A DNA stretch of 64,000 bases from Octopus bimaculoides (taxonomy: Eukaryota). Position numbers and translations under genes: made by a program. This document shows positions 61,129-64,000 of this stretch, in pieces (within the stretch, counting starts at the first letter, position 1; each line of letters opens with the position of its first letter). The stretch lies in the NCBI RefSeq assembly GCF_001194135.2, contig NC_068987.1, positions 44,257,750-44,321,749 of the forward strand, read 5' to 3'. The notes beneath the pieces are model-generated. The model was not told the origin of the DNA and ran no database searches. It saw nothing but the letters and a program-made list of their open reading frames with translations.

Positions 61129-61369
61129 ACAATAATAATAATAATAGCAACGACGAAGATTTCTTTTATTGACTACAAGAAATCAAGACATCAAAAGATG
61201 AAATAGCTAGTGGATATTTGCTTCTGCCGAAGCAATACCGCTAATGATTTTCGTCGGTTATTGATATATTTCTGAGCTTTTTAACACTACATGACTATTA
61301 TAAAAGATGCTTTCTCGAGATGAAAACCGCAGTTTATCGGACTTTCACCGATGCATATGCTTTACATAT

Positions 61370-62520
<1,151 letters not shown>

Positions 62521-62534
62521 TATATCTATCGATC

Positions 62535-63330
62535 ACAGAAAAATAAATTGAGCCTTATTACCCAATTTTCTACAGACATTGGGATGAAATTTGGTGAGTC
62601 CAAATGTTCATTTTTAGAAGTAAAACGTGGAAAAGTTGTGCTCTTCTTTGAGAATCTAAGAATGAATTGCTTTATAATACAACCTCTACAGTCAGAGGAC
62701 AATCATAGGTATCTTGGACAAGATAAGAATGTTTGATATGACGGACCGTAATAAGGAGATTACTAGGAATGAAATATTTCAGGAGAAGAGAAAGAATGAG
62801 GTCATCAGAACTCTCAGCTTCCAGCATGCATATTGCCCTACACCTACTTTTGAATCGGTCACTACAACTCAATAAGATAAATATTCGAACTCGTAAGATG
62901 CTCAGTGTTACAGGAAACTTCAACGTCAATGGAGATGTAGACAGGCTATACTTTCCATGCAAGGATTGTGGCCGTAGTCCCAAATCTGTATTGATATCAT
63001 AAGAATGGCGTATTGTGACACTGAAACTATGCCTGCAGCGGAGGAAAGAGATCAGTAACTATCTCGCCCAAGTTTGTGATCTTGCATTCAACAACATAAT
63101 TTGGGTAGCTAATGAACTTGAGGAGAGGTATGAAATAAGAGCTGATATAGATCTCTCCCCCAAAGAGCATTGGTTAAACAGAGGCTGTTATCCTGATGGA
63201 TGCCTTTTTGGTAGTGAATACTATCTGAATCAATTTGCTCCTTATCACTCCTAAGGGGCAGCTGGTATACTGAGTCTTGGTCAGGCGTTCAATAGCACTC
63301 ACTAATGGTTGTGGAACTTAGGCTAACTGT
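62535..63330 (+). mobile_element. Degraded R4/Dong-clade RT thumb region
   Basis: Reads QFSTDIGMKFGESKCSFLEVKRGK..RYLGQD and INIRTRKMLSVTGNFNVNGDVDRLY. Confidence 0.8.
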
Positions 63331-63399
63331 AAACCCTTGATAATCTACCTATGCAGTATACTATCAGAAGCCTTCTAGTAGTCCAACTATACTACGGTT

Positions 63400-64000
63400 A
63401 CGTTCCTGCGATATTTTTTCTTTGCTTTTTCTTGGGTCATTTTCTAAACTAATAGATGTTGTATACCATCTCACATCTTTCTTCCAGCATGCTCAGGTGT
63501 TATAATGTTTGTGGCACAATGATCTTACAAGAACAGATAGAAGCACCCAATATATAATTTGTACATGATGTTCTGGCGGGCTATTGGGCGGTAATTTTTT
63601 ACAGGGGTGGTTTGGCTATTTGTGGGGATGAGGAAAGTATTTGGAGTTTATAATCATTGAGCCAGTTTTTTTGTGTCCTTGATACTTTTTCTGTGCAATT
63701 GTATGAGATCTCGCCGATAAAAGGTGAAATTCTTCATCCAATGGCCTGTCATGAGATCCGGGCCTGATGATTTCTTGTTTGACATTTTCGGTAGAACAGT
63801 TTCTAGTATTTCACCGTCTATTTCATATTGCTTTTGCTGGACATTCCTGCAGTAGTCCTGCTCCAGTTCTTTTAGCCATGCAGCTTGTTTGTTGAACTGG
63901 TCATTTGTTTCCCGTACAAATTTCCAGTAACCCTCAATTTGATCTCTTGTAGGGATGCCTGGGTTCTTTACTTATACTGGTGTTGTATGGCCGGTCATAG
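63400..64000 (-). mobile_element. RLE-type (R4/Dong-like) non-LTR RT N-terminal fragment
   Basis: Minus strand reads KKSSGPDLMTGHWMK..NYRPIA..NIMYKLY..IITPEHAG. Confidence 0.75.

Overview
Repeat-saturated eukaryotic DNA with ten N-gaps, most of them flanked by microsatellites. The SINE families, (AAT)n/(CA)n/(GATA)n density and AT-richness resemble an octopus or other cephalopod short-read assembly (inference from memory, not a search). I found no intact host gene, rRNA, tRNA or CRISPR array. Almost all recognisable coding sequence is decayed transposon. It comprises at least ten R4/Dong-type RLE non-LTR fragments clustered around (AAT)n tracts, six Penelope-like (PLE) fragments of about three lineages, two Mag-type and two other Ty3/Gypsy elements, three mariners, an hAT, a Helitron helicase, RTE and Jockey/CR1-like LINE relics, many tRNA-derived SINEs and several MITE hairpins. 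The best lead is the PLE at 1-1500, whose C-terminal GIY-YIG region has TGA at three conserved cysteine positions. That pattern is expected for a selenocysteine-encoding retroelement, which to my knowledge has been reported only for N-terminal-endonuclease Naiad PLEs. Most boundaries are approximate (about +/-20-50 bp) unless TSDs or TIRs are quoted.
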